A DNA stretch of 63,749 bases, the filler included, from Octopus bimaculoides (Eukaryota), in assembly GCF_001194135.2 (NCBI RefSeq). It is 5 parts of 5 records of this genome, joined end to end, with 100 filler letters (N's around TTAATTAATTAA, not from the genome) between each part and the next. Parts side by side here need not be neighbours in the genome. Positions count along the whole stretch, not along the records: positions 17,744 to 30,373 come from NC_069002.1; positions 30,474 to 40,544 come from NC_068982.1; 3 more parts are not named here. The stretch is one strand, 5' to 3'. How positions within the stretch are numbered: position 1 is the first letter of the stretch; every line of letters begins with the position of its first letter. Positions 23,192-37,773 of this stretch are shown here, in pieces. Under the pieces are notes generated by a model. The model had not been told where the DNA came from. It was given only the letters and a program-made list of their open reading frames with translations, and searched no databases. Made by a program: the position numbers and the translations under genes.

Positions 23192-23579
23192 NNNNNNNNN
23201 NNNNNNNNNNNNNNNNNNNNNNNNNNNNNNNNNNNNNNNNNNNNNNNNNNNNNNNNNNNNNNNNNNNNNNNNNNNNNNNNNNNNNNNNNNNNNNNNNNNN
23301 NNNNNNNNNNNNNNNNNNNNNNNNNNNNNNNNNNNNNNNNNNNNNNNNNNNNNNNNNNNNNNNNNNNNNNNNNNNNNNNNNNNNNNNNNNNNNNNNNNNN
23401 NNNNNNNNNNNNNNNNNNNNNNNNNNNNNNNNNNNNNNNNNNNNNNNNNNNNNNNNNNNNNNNNNNNNNNNNNNNNNNNNNNNNNNNNNNNNNNNNNNNN
23501 NNNNNNNNNNNNNNNNNNNNNNNNNNNNNNNNNNNNNNNNNNNNNNNNNNNNNNNNNNNNNNNNNNNNNNNNNNNNNNN

Positions 23580-23611
<32 letters not shown>

Positions 23612-26269
23612 CATATATATCTCAGATTCACACACTTATTGTAGCAGTCCTTCAGTTTTTCTAAGCCTTGTAAAAGAACTCGGAAGTTTGGGCCCCAACC
23701 GGGCCTTTCGCGACACCCTTTAAGCCAGGAACGTTTCTGCACCCCATCGTATATGTATATATATACTTGCCAATTTTCTATGAAAGATCATTTAAAACTA
23801 TTCCAACATCTCCTATACGTAAGTTCGACTGCGTTGTGAAAAAAACAATCTGTCACAAGCGACCTCTATAAATAATATAATTACATTACGTAAATATAGA
23901 CAAGATGCAGTTAATACACAAATTATGTTATAAGCAGAGAAATACAATAAAATGTACAGCTTTCTACTTTGATATACATTTCTAATGATCATAGGTTTTA
24001 TTTGATAAACGAAAAAAAAAATAATAATAATAGATGCGAAAAAATATTAGAATCGAAAAAGGAAACGGGTACGATTTTATTATATCATTTACAAGATATA
24101 ATGACGTATAAAAGTCAAGAAAAGAAACAATTTCCTGGTTGTTGGTTCGTTTCATCACACCAGAAAAAATATTATTTTAAAGATTTCTGTTTTTTTTTTT
24201 TTATTGAATAATTTATCAGTTGTTTCGGTACTTGAGGTATTTGGAATTTAATTACACCGCTGTCTTCCTCAAGCTACCTTGTACGATACGAATTACACGT
24301 ACAGAAATTTAAAAAATTTTAGTACATCGTAGTATTTTACTAGTTGAAGTGTGTCAAATTAATTACACCGCTGCGTCTCCTGTACTTTACTCATTTATAA
24401 TGCTATCCACTGTCCACATAATGAGAAGTATCATTAGTATAATTTTAATTATAGAGTTAATTAACTTTTAAAATAACACCTAAAATTGCATCTTAAGTGT
24501 TTACATGCGCCAAGAAGCTGATTTTCCTTCCGACTTAGTTACTGCTATTGACTAACGGTGTCAAACGTAAAAGTGTCTCTCATTTATATAACATGTCAGT
24601 CGTAAAGAGTTTTCTAATTGGAAGTAGATTTTACTTCATATTTCCTCTCAATAAATCTCCATTAAGATAGATCGACTTCACATTTTACTGTTGAAATATA
24701 TTTAGAATTTCAATGTTCAGTTTTTGCTTAGCTAGTTCATAATTACCGTATTAACATCAATAACTCCGTTTCATCTAAACTAATAGGCCATGTTTTACTC
24801 TCGCACATATTTGATTCTGTTGCAAAATTGTCAAGAAATTGTTACTTCTCCAAGAGGTTTATCGTTAGAAATTACCAAATCTCAGACGTCTCATTAATTT
24901 GGGTACCGCTTCAAGAATCTTCCGGTACTTAATATTTCCAAAGCGAACATTTACATTCTTCATAAAGTCTTTCAAAGAGGAAATCTTTCCTCTTATAAAT
25001 ACCGTTTCAAAACGTTTGATATTGAAATGAATTCACTCCCGCGATTATATCGATGGGCTTTTCTGAATCTTTGTTATTACATGGAGTTGAATAATGGAGA
25101 CAATCACGGATAATTACTCGACATAACTGTTGAGATGTTAATCCGCGTTACGGATCAAACCTACTATCTATGTTGGAGATGACAGGATTCGAACTTAGAA
25201 TATAGGGGAGCAGAACAAATATCGATGCTTTAACGATTGCACCTGTCCATCCCCTTAGCTTAGCTTAAGCCTTTCGCTCTCTACGGAGCATAGGCCATCC
25301 ACGAATTTACTCATCTCTTCTTGACTCTGGGATGTCCTGCTTCTCTCCAGTTGGATCCTTACTTTATCAGCTCTGTTTCACTCTCCCACTTCGTATGTTT
25401 CCCCGAGGAGAAGTCTTCCTCTCTCAGCTATTATTGGTTCCGTTAATCAAATATGCTCAGATGAGTTTGGTTGATGCAAGGTGCCAAAGGTGCCATGCAG
25501 TGAGACTGAACCCGGAACTGTGTGGTTGGGAAGCAAGCTTCTTACTGCACAGCTACGCCTGTCTGCGCCTACTTTCCTCTGTTTTTTCTTTTTGCTGTTA
25601 TTTTTTGATTCCGAAATTAATTCAGATTGAAATATTAAAATATTAAAATACTAAAGTAAAAAGAAAGGCTCATCTCTAAAATTGTAATTAATAGATCGAA
25701 AATCTTTAACCTAATTAATAACAAGTCACCTCAGACATCGAAACATTTAATTAGTGAATTAATTTAAATAACTAATATTTTCAAAACACGAGAAATCGTG
25801 GAAGAGGTAAAATCGGTTGAAGTAAGAACAAAATGGCGGTTAGTTACGGCTGACATTGTCGCTAAAAAATTAGCGATGATACATCGAGACGTTGTAGTTA
25901 ATTTAATTTAGTTTTCTACTCAAAATGTATTGTGGCTTGGCAGTAAGAGAAGAAACCAATATTTAAAATAGGAATATACATAATGTCAGATTGGTGTTAA
26001 ATCACGGAAGTCGACATTAAAAAAAATAAACGAAAGAAAAATTCATGTTTCTGTTTTCATTTATATTTTTTTGCCGAGATTTTCTTTTTTTTTTATTCAA
26101 AATCAAAGATATTTATGTAACGTAATGGCAATTTATTATTTGAATCATGTTATTACACACATATATGTGTGTGTGTGTGTATGTGTGTGCAATTAAACAC
26201 ATGCACACAACACACGCCCAGGCACACGCACGCACACTCACACAGACATATATATACGGGAACATTCAT

Positions 26270-26480
26270 ATATATTTATCTATATCAATATGTATATATG
26301 TATATATTTATCTATATCAATATGTATGTATGTATATATTTATCTATATCAATATGTATGTATGTATATATTTATCTATATCAATATGTATGTATGTATA
26401 TATTTATCTATATCAATATGTATGTATGTATATGTTTATCTATATCAATACGTATGTATATATTTATCTATATCAATATT
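26270..26480. repeat. About 30-bp tandem repeat ATATTTATCTATATCAATATGTATGTATGT, about 7 copies
   Basis: Seen directly. Confidence 0.9.
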
Positions 26481-26488
26481 TATGTTTG

Positions 26489-26544
<56 letters not shown>

Positions 26545-26720
26545 CACATACATACACACATATGTATAAAATTACACGCATACATACATATCTGTATGAA
26601 ATTTATTTTCATATTTGTAGATATAGCTTACGTTGTTTATAGTATGCTTTGAGGATTCAGTGTACACATATTTTATGTTTGTTCAATCGAAAAATCTCGA
26701 GTAATATCTTGTCATTGATA

Positions 26721-26760
<40 letters not shown>

Positions 26761-26773
26761 NNNNNNNNNNATT

Positions 26774-26816
<43 letters not shown>

Positions 26817-26993
26817 TGTGTGTATGTGCATGCGTGCACCCATGCATACACACCCACACGTATATGCGTCTGTGTGTGTTTGCATTTATATATGTAGTAG
26901 CAGATATATTCGACTTCATCCTTTTGTCTGTCCTTGCTTGTCCCCTCTATGTTTAGCCCCTTGTGGGCAATAAAGAAATATCAAATATCTTTT

Positions 26994-27262
26994 AGGGCGG
27001 CGAGCTGGCAGAAACGTTAGCACGCCTGGCGAAATGCTTAGCGGTATTTTGTCTGTCTTTACGATCTGAGTTCAAATTCCGCCGAGGTNNNNNNNNNNAT
27101 TTTGTCTGTCTTTACGATCTGAGTTCAAATTCCGCCGAGGTCGACTTTGCCTTTCATCCTTTCAGGGTCGATAAATTAAGTACCAGTTGCGAATTGGGAT
27201 CAATCTAATCGACTGCCCCCTCTTCCCCCCAATTTCCTGGCCTTGTGCCTAGGGTAGAGAAG
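26994..27262 (+). mobile_element. SINE-A full length (40 nt duplicated across a 10-N gap)
   Basis: Head GGGCGGCGAGCTGGCAGAAACGTTAG, core and tail are all present. Confidence 0.88.
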
Positions 27263-27642
27263 AATATATGTAGTGCTGCTGCTGATAACGATTTTATGAT
27301 GTGTCACGTACTGAAAGTGTCGTAACAGCCAATTTTGATAAATTGAAAGTGGAAGAAAAATTTTGTGGTTATGAGTTCAAATTCTTACCACGACTAAATG
27401 TAGTTGTCCCTTTTATGAAGGACCTACAAAGTTGTTACGCCTTAATACCATTTCGTAAACTTGATTGGAATATTTATTTCACTATTAATTCCCAATGAAA
27501 TTCTAATCCCATCTAAACGCTGCTGCATGTAACCTAGATATCAGTTCAGTACATGTGATCCGAGTCTCACTCACGATCCCAACGACAACCACCCTTATGG
27601 AGACCTTTATCTGTCTGTCTACCTGCCTGCCTGTCTGTCTGT

Positions 27643-27702
<60 letters not shown>

Positions 27703-27961
27703 GACATTATTGGCCAAGGTTACCGTAGTCTTTTCCGTAGGCTTTTCTTCCCACGGATGAACCTAATCTGTTTCCCCTTATCACTTTACATCATGACAGT
27801 TCTGTGATGCACGATCCCTATTGATAGTTTTTTTTTTACGATCCCTTTTAATCGAAAATCTACCTTTTTTCCTTCCTTCTCCTCCCTCCCCAAAGAGAAA
27901 AGCTCTACTTTGTAACTTGTCCCCTCTGTGTTCAGCCCTGTGTGGCTAATAAAGAAACATA

Positions 27962-28046
<85 letters not shown>

Positions 28047-28682
28047 ATCTTTGTTCGTCTGCAGGTGTACATTAGTACAGACGACATAGAATTCGTAGCT
28101 TCGCTGTATCATTCAATTTGTTTTTAGCTCTGTTCTTTTCCTTTCGTTTTGTCAACTCCGTAAACATCGTTACTTGTAACAATTTAGCCAAACACGGCCC
28201 CAAGAAACGAAATGAACAAAACAACATTGTTCACAACCGAAAACGAAAAAAATACAAAAAAAAAAAAGAGAAGCAAAGACAGAATAATACACAGACATTC
28301 AAAATGAGTGAAAAACAGACAAAAAATAAAAGAGAGAAAAGGATTCTTTTGTAGAAAACAACAATGTATAGAACACAGAAAACGGCAACAACAACGGTGA
28401 TACACATACACTCGTTCTCGCTTTTAATGAGGTCCACGTTTAACGAGAAAAATAGAGGGAAAAAGAGAGAGAGGGAGATGGACAGAGAGAGAGAGAGAGA
28501 GGTTGTGTATGCGTGGGCATATGATAGTATGTATGCGTTGGAAGTAACATTAATGTGTTAGAGGTGGAAAATGTTGGTGTGGGTGTTGTGTACTTCACCA
28601 CAGAGCATCGGTGAGCCACGTGTGGGCGGTATATTTGCGCTCGTCTAAACCATTCTGGTACATTGCAGGTTGCTACAGAATG

Positions 28683-28858
28683 GCAGTGGATTTAATCGAC
28701 GCCAGTACCCAGTTGGTACTTTATTTTATTGATCCCAGAAGGATAAATGGCAAAGGTGACCTCAATGGGAATTGAATTCTTGAATATATAAAGTAGCGTA
28801 ATAAATACTGTGAAGTGACTTTGTCCGACGTTGCAAGAATTCTGCCAACCCACCATCC
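28683..28858 (-). mobile_element. Diverged SINE-A
   Basis: Degenerate core TTGGTACTTTATTTTATTGATCCCAGAAGGATAAATGGCAAAGGTGACC. Confidence 0.75.
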
Positions 28859-28901
28859 TCCAGAAATTATAATATTTTATCTTTCATTTTACTTGTTTTA
28901 G

Positions 28902-28944
<43 letters not shown>

Positions 28945-29736
28945 NNNNNNNNNNNNNNNNNNNNNNNNNNNNNNNNNNNNNNNNNNNNNNNNNNNNNNNN
29001 NNNNNNNNNNNNNNNNNNNNNNNNNNNNNNNNNNNNNNNNNNNNNNNNNNNNNNNNNNNNNNNNNNNNNNNNNNNNNNNNNNNNNNNNNNNNNNNNNNNN
29101 NNNNNNNNNNNNNNNNNNNNNNNNNNNNNNNNNNNNNNNNNNNNNNNNNNNNNNNNNNNNNNNNNNNNNNNNNNNNNNNNNNNNNNNNNNNNNNNNNNNN
29201 NNNNNNNNNNNNNNNNNNNNNNNNNNNNNNNNNNNNNNNNNNNNNNNNNNNNNNNNNNNNNNNNNNNNNNNNNNNNNNNNNNNNNNNNNNNNNNNNNNNN
29301 NNNNNNNNNNNNNNNNNNNNNNNNNNNNNNNNNNNNNNNNNNNNNNNNNNNNNNNNNNNNNNNNNNNNNNNNNNNNNNNNNNNNNNNNNNNNNNNNNNNN
29401 NNNNNNNNNNNNNNNNNNNNNNNNNNNNNNNNNNNNNNNNNNNNNNNNNNNNNNNNNNNNNNNNNNNNNNNNNNNNNNNNNNNNNNNNNNNNNNNNNNNN
29501 NNNNNNNNNNNNNNNNNNNNNNNNNNNNNNNNNNNNNNNNNNNNNNNNNNNNNNNNNNNNNNNNNNNNNNNNNNNNNNNNNNNNNNNNNNNNNNNNNNNN
29601 NNNNNNNNNNNNNNNNNNNNNNNNNNNNNNNNNNNNNNNNNNNNNNNNNNNNNNNNNNNNNNNNNNNNNNNNNNNNNNNNNNNNNNNNNNNNNNNNNNNN
29701 NNNNNNNNNNNNNNNNNNNNNNNNNNNNNNNNNNNN

Positions 29737-29793
<57 letters not shown>

Positions 29794-30417
29794 TACAAAG
29801 CTTTGTGCTCACTTGATGTTCGGGTTGATTGGTTCTGTAGTTCTGAGAATGTGTAGAGAAAATGTGTGTACGTGTGTATGTATGTATGTGCGTGTGTGCG
29901 TGCGTGCGCGAGTGCGCGTTTGTCTTTGTGTTTATATGACTTTGATCGACTGAATGCAGAAAGGTACGTAGGCACACATGATTGACTATATATATATGTA
30001 TGAATATATATTTCCTCAGAAAACGTCCATTTGCAAGAAATATCTGCATACGCAAATACACTTACATATAAATACGTACACATGTATGCGCGTGTATACA
30101 TTCATACTTATATACATACATAATACATAAATATACACATACGTACATACTTACATACAAACATAAATACTCTGTTAATGTTGTTGAAATTCCAATGAAG
30201 GAGCCTTGGATCTAGGTTAGAAACCGGCTCCCTCTCTATTGGCAATAAATCTTGAAATAAACTGAATAATGACATCCATACATATATACGAATAGATATG
30301 ACTATACATACTCATACAGCCCCACACACCACACAGATATATGTAAATATATATATATATATATATATATATANNNNNNNNNNNNNNNNNNNNNNNNNNN
30401 NNNNNNNNNNNNNNNNN

Positions 30418-30429
30418 TTAATTAATTAA
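30418..30429. other. Assembly spacer 44N-TTAATTAATTAA-44N
   Basis: Same construct as at 17688. Confidence 0.9.
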
Positions 30430-30674
30430 NNNNNNNNNNNNNNNNNNNNNNNNNNNNNNNNNNNNNNNNNNNNATTCGTGCAACAGATTGTAATAATTAA
30501 TAGTATTACTTACAAAGAACTCGCTCTTTTAGTAAAAAGCGTAATTCTGCTACAGAATTTACTAATAATCATTCTATAATGAAGTGAACCAAAGTGTTGT
30601 TTGATATTTAAAACTCTTTAACGATATAGACTGTATATCAGTTATGTGAATATATATATAGATGTATGTATATA

Positions 30675-31941
30675 CGAGTGGTGTATGAAAAGTCTTGAGC
30701 CTCAAAAAAAAAAAGATACATGGTACAAAACTTCTGATAATTTATTTTTCAACATAGTCTCCCTCGATGGCTGAACACTTTCTGCAGCGGTGCTGAAGCG
30801 CTATTATCCCGGCGTAGAAGAACTCTTTTGTTTGAGACTCCAAGAAACTTCCTACAACGTCTATGACGTCATTGTCACTGGCAAAATGGCGACCAGCCAG
30901 AGCTTCTTTTCATTTTGGGAAATAGATGAAAGTCAGAGGGGGTTAAGTCTGGCGAATAAGGCGGATAGGGAACAAGATCGTATCCACAATCACGAATTGT
31001 TGCCATGGCAACCACTGAGGCGTTGGCTGGAGCATTGTCGTGATGAAAAAGGACTGCTCTGGTGAGCATTCCCGGCTTTTTGTCTTTGATTGCTTATCGG
31101 AAGCGTTTCAGTAGCTGAGAATAATACAGCCCTGTCACGGTGTGACCCTTTTCAAGGTAATCAATCAGCAAGACACTTTGAGAATCCCAAAAGACGGACG
31201 CCATGACCTTGCCAGCTGAAGGAATGACCCTGGCCTTCTTTGGGGTAGGAGAAGATGTGTGCTTCCACTCCTTTTATTGTTCTGAAGGCTGGTAGTGATG
31301 AACCCAACTTTCGTCCATAGTAATGAAACAAGCTAGAAAATTCTCTTCATTGGCTTCAAACAGTTCCAGATTGCTCGTGGACAAAGTGCACCAGGGGCAT
31401 TTCTGTTTAGGAGTCAAGAGGTGAGGGACTCATCTTGCAGAAACCTTTGAGAACCCAAGTTCTTTTGTCACAATATTGTTTGCTCTTTCCATTGAGATGC
31501 CCAGTCTCTCGGCTATCTGGCGACATGATATTCGGCATTATCATACTAAGAGCAAGGTTAAGGTTATCCTTCGTAGTTGCAGTTGGAGGTCTCTCTGGTT
31601 TGGGATCATCTTCCACACTCTCCCTGCCACGCTTGAATTCATTTACCCAGCGTTGGACTGTTTCATATGAAAGAGCATTGTTTTCATGGATTTCTGATGG
31701 AGTCATGACTTTCAAATGAAGGTACTTTATGACAGCACGATATTCGGTTTTCTCCATTTTCCTTGTAACCTCGACATATGTTTATTCAAAGATCTGCAAC
31801 AACAACAACAAAAAATTAAAATCAGAATCATGAAAATGAGCAAGAATACTCCGAAAAGACTGTACTTACCAGAAAACATTGTTTCAGCTATCTAGCAGCC
31901 CCGTTTCTAGGTTAGGCTCAAAACTTTTCATACACCCCTCG
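30675..31941 (-). mobile_element. Near full-length mariner (DD34D, irritans/Himar-like N-terminus); transposase pseudogene
   Basis: 28-bp TIRs CGAGTGGTGTATGAAAAGTCTTGAGCCT / AGGCTCAAAACTTTTCATACACCCCTCG. Motifs MEKTEYRAVIKYL, (W>stop)VPHLL, MDESWVHHY, FHHDNAP, YSPDLTPSDF. Stops and frameshifts present. Confidence 0.95.
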
Positions 31942-31966
31942 TGTATATATACATTTATATATATAT

Positions 31967-32025
<59 letters not shown>

Positions 32026-33179
32026 ATGTGTGTGTTTGCGTGCGTGTGTGTGTGTGAGTGTGTATTCTCTTTTCTCTTTTACTTGTTTCAGACATTAAAC
32101 TACGGCCATGCTGTATTTGAAGTATTTGAAATCAAATGAATTGACCCCCATACTCATTTTTTCTTTTTCTTTTAAGTCTGGTACTTATTTCATCGAGCTC
32201 TTTTTCCGAACCGCTTATATATAATATCATATCATGTATTATATGTGTGCGTAACGGTGGTCTGTGTGTGTGACTGTGTGTGTGTAGCTGTGTAAGGGGG
32301 GATGTGTAAGCTGGTGTATGGGTGAGCGTTGATGGTATCAGCTCGTTTGAGCGTGTGTGCATGCTTACTAGGTCGTATATACGTGTGGATGGAGATGCAT
32401 ATCAGCCATGTGAGAGTACTCGCAAGCGTGAATATGTAGGAGTATATATCAACTTATTATTTTCCGTTTCAAACCACACTTTCTAATTCTTCTATATATT
32501 CGAATGTTAAATATGAATGTGCAACTGATCCAACTGGCGTTGGAATTGTTCATGTCGATGTGAGAAATTTCACCTGTTTTAAATTTTACCCTATGATGGT
32601 GGACTGTATGTTATGATGTAGTCTTCTATGAATGCATTCATAGAATTCTACAGGAACAGCGTCTTAAATTTTGAATGCCATTTGAGTTTACTTCACATAT
32701 GTGTGTGTGTAGAGAGAGAGAGGGGCAGTATGATGCAGTTATGCGACTAAAGCAAATTAGACGCACCAAATAGATTAAATACATTAAACATCTAATACAA
32801 ACTATGTATATATGCATACATGCAAAACGAGAGGAAACAAAAGGTGGAATCTTTTAGATCATGAATTTTTATAGATAAATATATAGATTTTATACTAAAA
32901 GGTCCAACTTGCACAGCGTACAAACGACAGAGAAAATTAAAGGGGTGGAAGAAAGGTGTTATAAATCCAACAGCTCTTTCTGGGGACTCGGCGATCCATA
33001 ATAATGTAGGTAGATTTAGTTCATCACAATATGCTGTCGTATGGATGCAATTAACTTTGGATGAGATGAGCCTCCGTCATCAGAGTAGAGAAGATCTTAC
33101 ATTTCAGATCTTAATGCAGAGAAGTTCAAAGACTGAATGTTTAAATGCGAAGAGTCCGGCTACTTCTTGATCAGACCGC

Positions 33180-33215
<36 letters not shown>

Positions 33216-34972
33216 AGAACACTAGGTCATGGGGATAGGGGGAGAAATGACTGGGGAGAGAATAAAACATTTAGAGGGGTGAGGATGATTTTAAAACATT
33301 CATGTACGCATAAAGCTGGAGAGTCATTTCAAAAGACATTTTCCCACAGGAGACAAATTTCCTGTTGCTGACTATGTGAGACTAATACAAATCCATATTT
33401 GAGATATTCCAAATTTTATTTGTTGCTCTTCTTGTTTCTGTGTTACGGCCATATTTCAGAATAGCAATATAATTACTTAGAAAAGTACATGACACAATAA
33501 TGTAGACATGAATGCAAAGCTAAAATATTAAATACGTAAGAATTAATTAATTAGATTTACGTATCAGGAAATAAGATATATAGTCAACTTTTCGTAGTCT
33601 CTCAAGTTATACACATTGAATGCATATAAGTATTGGTATTAATAACAAACTAGATACTTATCATGCAAGACGCTTTCTACTGCTTCAAGCCATTATCAAT
33701 TTCAAAAATATTCAAAGTGTTTTATTAAACATGTTGAAATTTTTCTTTCTTTTTTACTTTTTTGACAAATAACTCAGGTTTCAAAATTATTAGCAGGAGC
33801 GTTATTTTTTCCAAAATTATTTGATTTTAATATAGTTTTGGGTAAATTACAGTTAACTAAATCGTGCAAATAAACATGTTTTTAATTATATAAAATAAAA
33901 CAAATTCTCCAATTACAGCATTATTTATTCAGACGTGAATAATATTGCAAATTAACTTATATCTGTAAATATAAATAATTATTTATATATATATGCATAT
34001 GCATATATATATATATATATATATATAAATTATATCTATATTATCACAACAAATAAATATGAAACGACATTTGCCGCACATTGCATATAACAATCCCCAG
34101 TCCTTTCAACATAATTCAAGCATAGAACTGCAAAATGCTGATTCATATGTGTTGCTCTTTAAGCTCTGATAGTAAGGAACTTTTCATATGCAAGAAGTGT
34201 GTTTATTTCTATATCATCATACATTACTAAATATATTTTTATAGAGCATATGATCCAGACATTTCGTTGGCTCAGAAGCGAATTTTTATGGTGAAATTGA
34301 GTAATGTTGTAGCTAATTTGTGTTCATTCCTATAAATGCACATAACATACCAACCGGGAGTTAATTTAATATGAAATACTAAATTAAGCTCCTCGTTTTT
34401 ATTCTAATTGATCACAATGTTGTTCATGTTTCTCAGCAATTAATATTAAATTATACTTTTGCTGAATTCATTAAGATTTCGAAGAAGGAAAGACGAACAC
34501 ACGTTTAGACAACAAACCAATACAGCAATAAATATTAGATATACACTTCAGAGAAAAGAAAGCTTAGAAACAATTTGGAAGACTCCAGATGTGAAGAAGT
34601 GATGATATCATGAATGTTAAACTCTAAAAGATACAACTCAATAGAAACAAAAATATGATTATAAATACATTTTTAAGACAATTAATTAATAGAAATGTAA
34701 CTTAAATTAGACAAAATTAATGATACAGTTATTTAACTTTGCTTTTAGCTTCATTCTAAAATATTAATTCAAAGAATTATCAATAATTCAGTCTACTTAA
34801 TATATAAAAATCAATATATTTATGTATGTTCTTATGTGTTAGCTACGGTGTTTCACCTAGTTACCTAAATTTATGCATAGCAGCACATCATTTCAAGAGG
34901 AAGATCATGCATTAAATGGATTTTTCCAATAGCTGAGCAAAACTTGAATCAAATAAACTGACGAATGTATAT

Positions 34973-35106
34973 ACTTTTGTACTCTAGGCACAAGGCCCGA
35001 AATTTGGGGGGGAGGAGGCCAGTCGATTAGATCGACCCCAGTACGCAAATTGTACTTAATTTATCGATCCCGAAAGGATGAAAGGCAAAGACGACTTTGG
35101 CGGAAT
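34973..35106 (-). mobile_element. 5'-truncated SINE-A with 14-bp TSD
   Basis: TGACGAATGTATAT at 34959-34972 and 35107-35120. Confidence 0.92.
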
Positions 35107-37138
35107 TGACGAATGTATATTACAGAAGGAAATTGTTGAATGAAGAACGAAAGGCAAACAGACAAAGTTTTAGTGAGAGAGTGGGGAATCAAATGCGAAC
35201 AGTTATATTCTACAAATATTGGCATTCCTTATCCGTTTATATACAATGTATGTATTATAAACAGAAAATCGTTTTAGTACTGGCAAATGTATATTTTCTA
35301 AGAACGAAAATTGATTTTTTAATATAAAATCTTCAACGTTGGAAGTCCGATTAGTCTTTAAAAACAAAAGATGAACCACATGAAAACACAGGTTATTTTT
35401 TAAAATAAAGTAATGGAATGTCCTTATTTTAGTCTAATATATCTGTATTACTTACTCATACATATCATTCTCACAGAATACAATTACTCCGAATCACTTT
35501 TTCGTACAACCTAATCATATATATCTATATACATAAACAGATATAAAAACGTTTCAAAGATATAAGACAAATTATTTTTACATGAACCATATAGAAAACA
35601 TCTTTAACCAATGTGCTCCACAGTACCGATATGTAATTCGATTTATCACGTTTATTTATTTATTTGTTTAGTTCTTGAAATTTTTATTGATAATTTTCTG
35701 TAGACAATTTAATTCAGACAGCAGATAGCATACACAAAATGTGTATTCTCAAGAATCATTAGTTTCCCAGTAAGCAATTCACAGATTCAGTAATAAATTG
35801 AGCATAATTTATTTGCTACAAAGACGCTTCTTTCAGTTTTTGTGTATATAAAGAGGAAAATAGAATATTTAGGTATTGCTCTGGAAAACGCAACTTTAAA
35901 ATCATGTATTTTACAGCAACGTTAGGAGATGCATCGGTAAATCAAATCTTCAAAGCAGAGGTAAATTGAGTGAAAAATACACAAAAAGTTTAGTCAATAG
36001 AATTTATATTTAAAAGTACCATCAAACGTTTCATAATTCAATCTTGTAGCATGTTATTTTCTGATGATCGAAAATTTCAGCAAACAAACTAGTTTAATCA
36101 TACTTCTAATCGCAGTAACGGAATGATTAAGTTCAACAACAAAATTTACATAGTCGATTCGAAAAAAATCAGCAATAACATTTTTAAAACTTTTGTAATG
36201 TTAAAATGTTATATCGTTAAATGTAGTCTTCATAGAAGTTTTAAACTGAATAAAATTGGAGAACACCACCGCCGCCCCCAGTCATTTGAAGTACATTTTA
36301 AAAGCATTTACAAGTACTTTCAATATCTAATCTTAAAAAGAATATATTTAATACAAAGTCATATTTTAAATCATAAATTTCAGCATGTAAAATAGTTATT
36401 TCAGAACCTGTTAAAACAAACTAAAAATAAATGAAGATAGTGAAATACATTTTCACAGCTGATTTATATTTAAAAAAGCAATCACTAAATTGCTGCTTTG
36501 AAAGGGGAAAAAATGATAACACATTTTGTAACAGTAAGAGGATAGAAACATATAGTAGTCTGCTACCAGTCGCTTTTTAAATTCTATGAAAGAAACGTGT
36601 GTTATCACAGTAGACGCTTTGTTAATTAAAATTAATTATCATGACTGGATGGGCAGTCTGTATTAGCTGTTATTGCAATCAATGGCATGTGATTAACGTA
36701 GTCACGGAGTTACGAATTCTTGTAAATGAACTTTTATTATTATAACAAAGCAACTATTTCGATACGTATAATATTTAATATTTGAATTTTAATGAGATAC
36801 TAAATCGGTTTTCTGCTAGACTGAGACAAACGATGCAGTATCGTGATTTTCTGGGCAGAATTCAGGATTTCAGCTATTTCATTAGGAATTCTAGATGGAA
36901 TAGTGACGATTGACAACATTGAATAAAACACAGCTTATGTATGGCTAACATGCATATATGCACCTAAGAAACGATAACTTTGAAACTGACTAATGTAGAA
37001 ATCTATGAATATTTATAGTTAAGTTGCAACCAAATGGGAACTTCCAAAATATTAGTTAATTTAATACACAGACACAGAATGCATATACAGGTACAAATAT
37101 ATGTACACACAATATCGACCTACCTACCAATCTATCTA

Positions 37139-37208
<70 letters not shown>

Positions 37209-37267
37209 AATCTCAGTAACTAACTGTCTGTCCATATGACTATCTATATATCAACCTATTTACCTGC

Positions 37268-37321
<54 letters not shown>

Positions 37322-37519
37322 CTGTCGTCATGGAATCTCTCTCAAAATAAACGAAAACAATGTTCTCCTCTTCTAAACAAAACCCCCAAAACATGTTTTA
37401 TATAAATGAACAAGCTGTTCGTACATTCACAAAATTCTATTTCACAAGTTCGAGAAACGAACGAAAGCGTTAATAACAATTAATAAATAAAAATATTTTT
37501 TTCCCAAAATTCTAGCGAC

Positions 37520-37560
<41 letters not shown>

Positions 37561-37773
37561 ATTTATATTTATATATATTGTATATAGGATCATGAGTAAG
37601 GCCAAATTATTCCATTATATATATATACGNNNNNNNNNNNNNNNNNNNNNNNNNNNNNNNNNNNNNNNNNNNNNNNNNNNNNNNNNNNNNNNNNNNNNNN
37701 NNNNNNNNNNNNNNNNNNNNNNNNNNNNNNNNNNNNNNNNNNNNNNNNNNNNNNNNNNNNNNNNNNNNNNNTA

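Noticed and set aside
27049-27140. Exact 40-nt duplication around a 10-N gap
   Set aside because: Typical contig-overlap artefact.
27560-27615. DPNDNHP cadherin-like motif on the plus strand, and a GTGAGT-ended 36-nt minus-strand segment
   Set aside because: Wrong strand for the gene, in-frame stop just upstream, runs into a microsatellite; the minus reading lacks the NDxxP linker.
33060-33090. CTGATGA..GGA/TCC..AAAGTT on the minus strand as a hammerhead
   Set aside because: The essential G of GAAA and the stem III C are missing; chance cannot be excluded.
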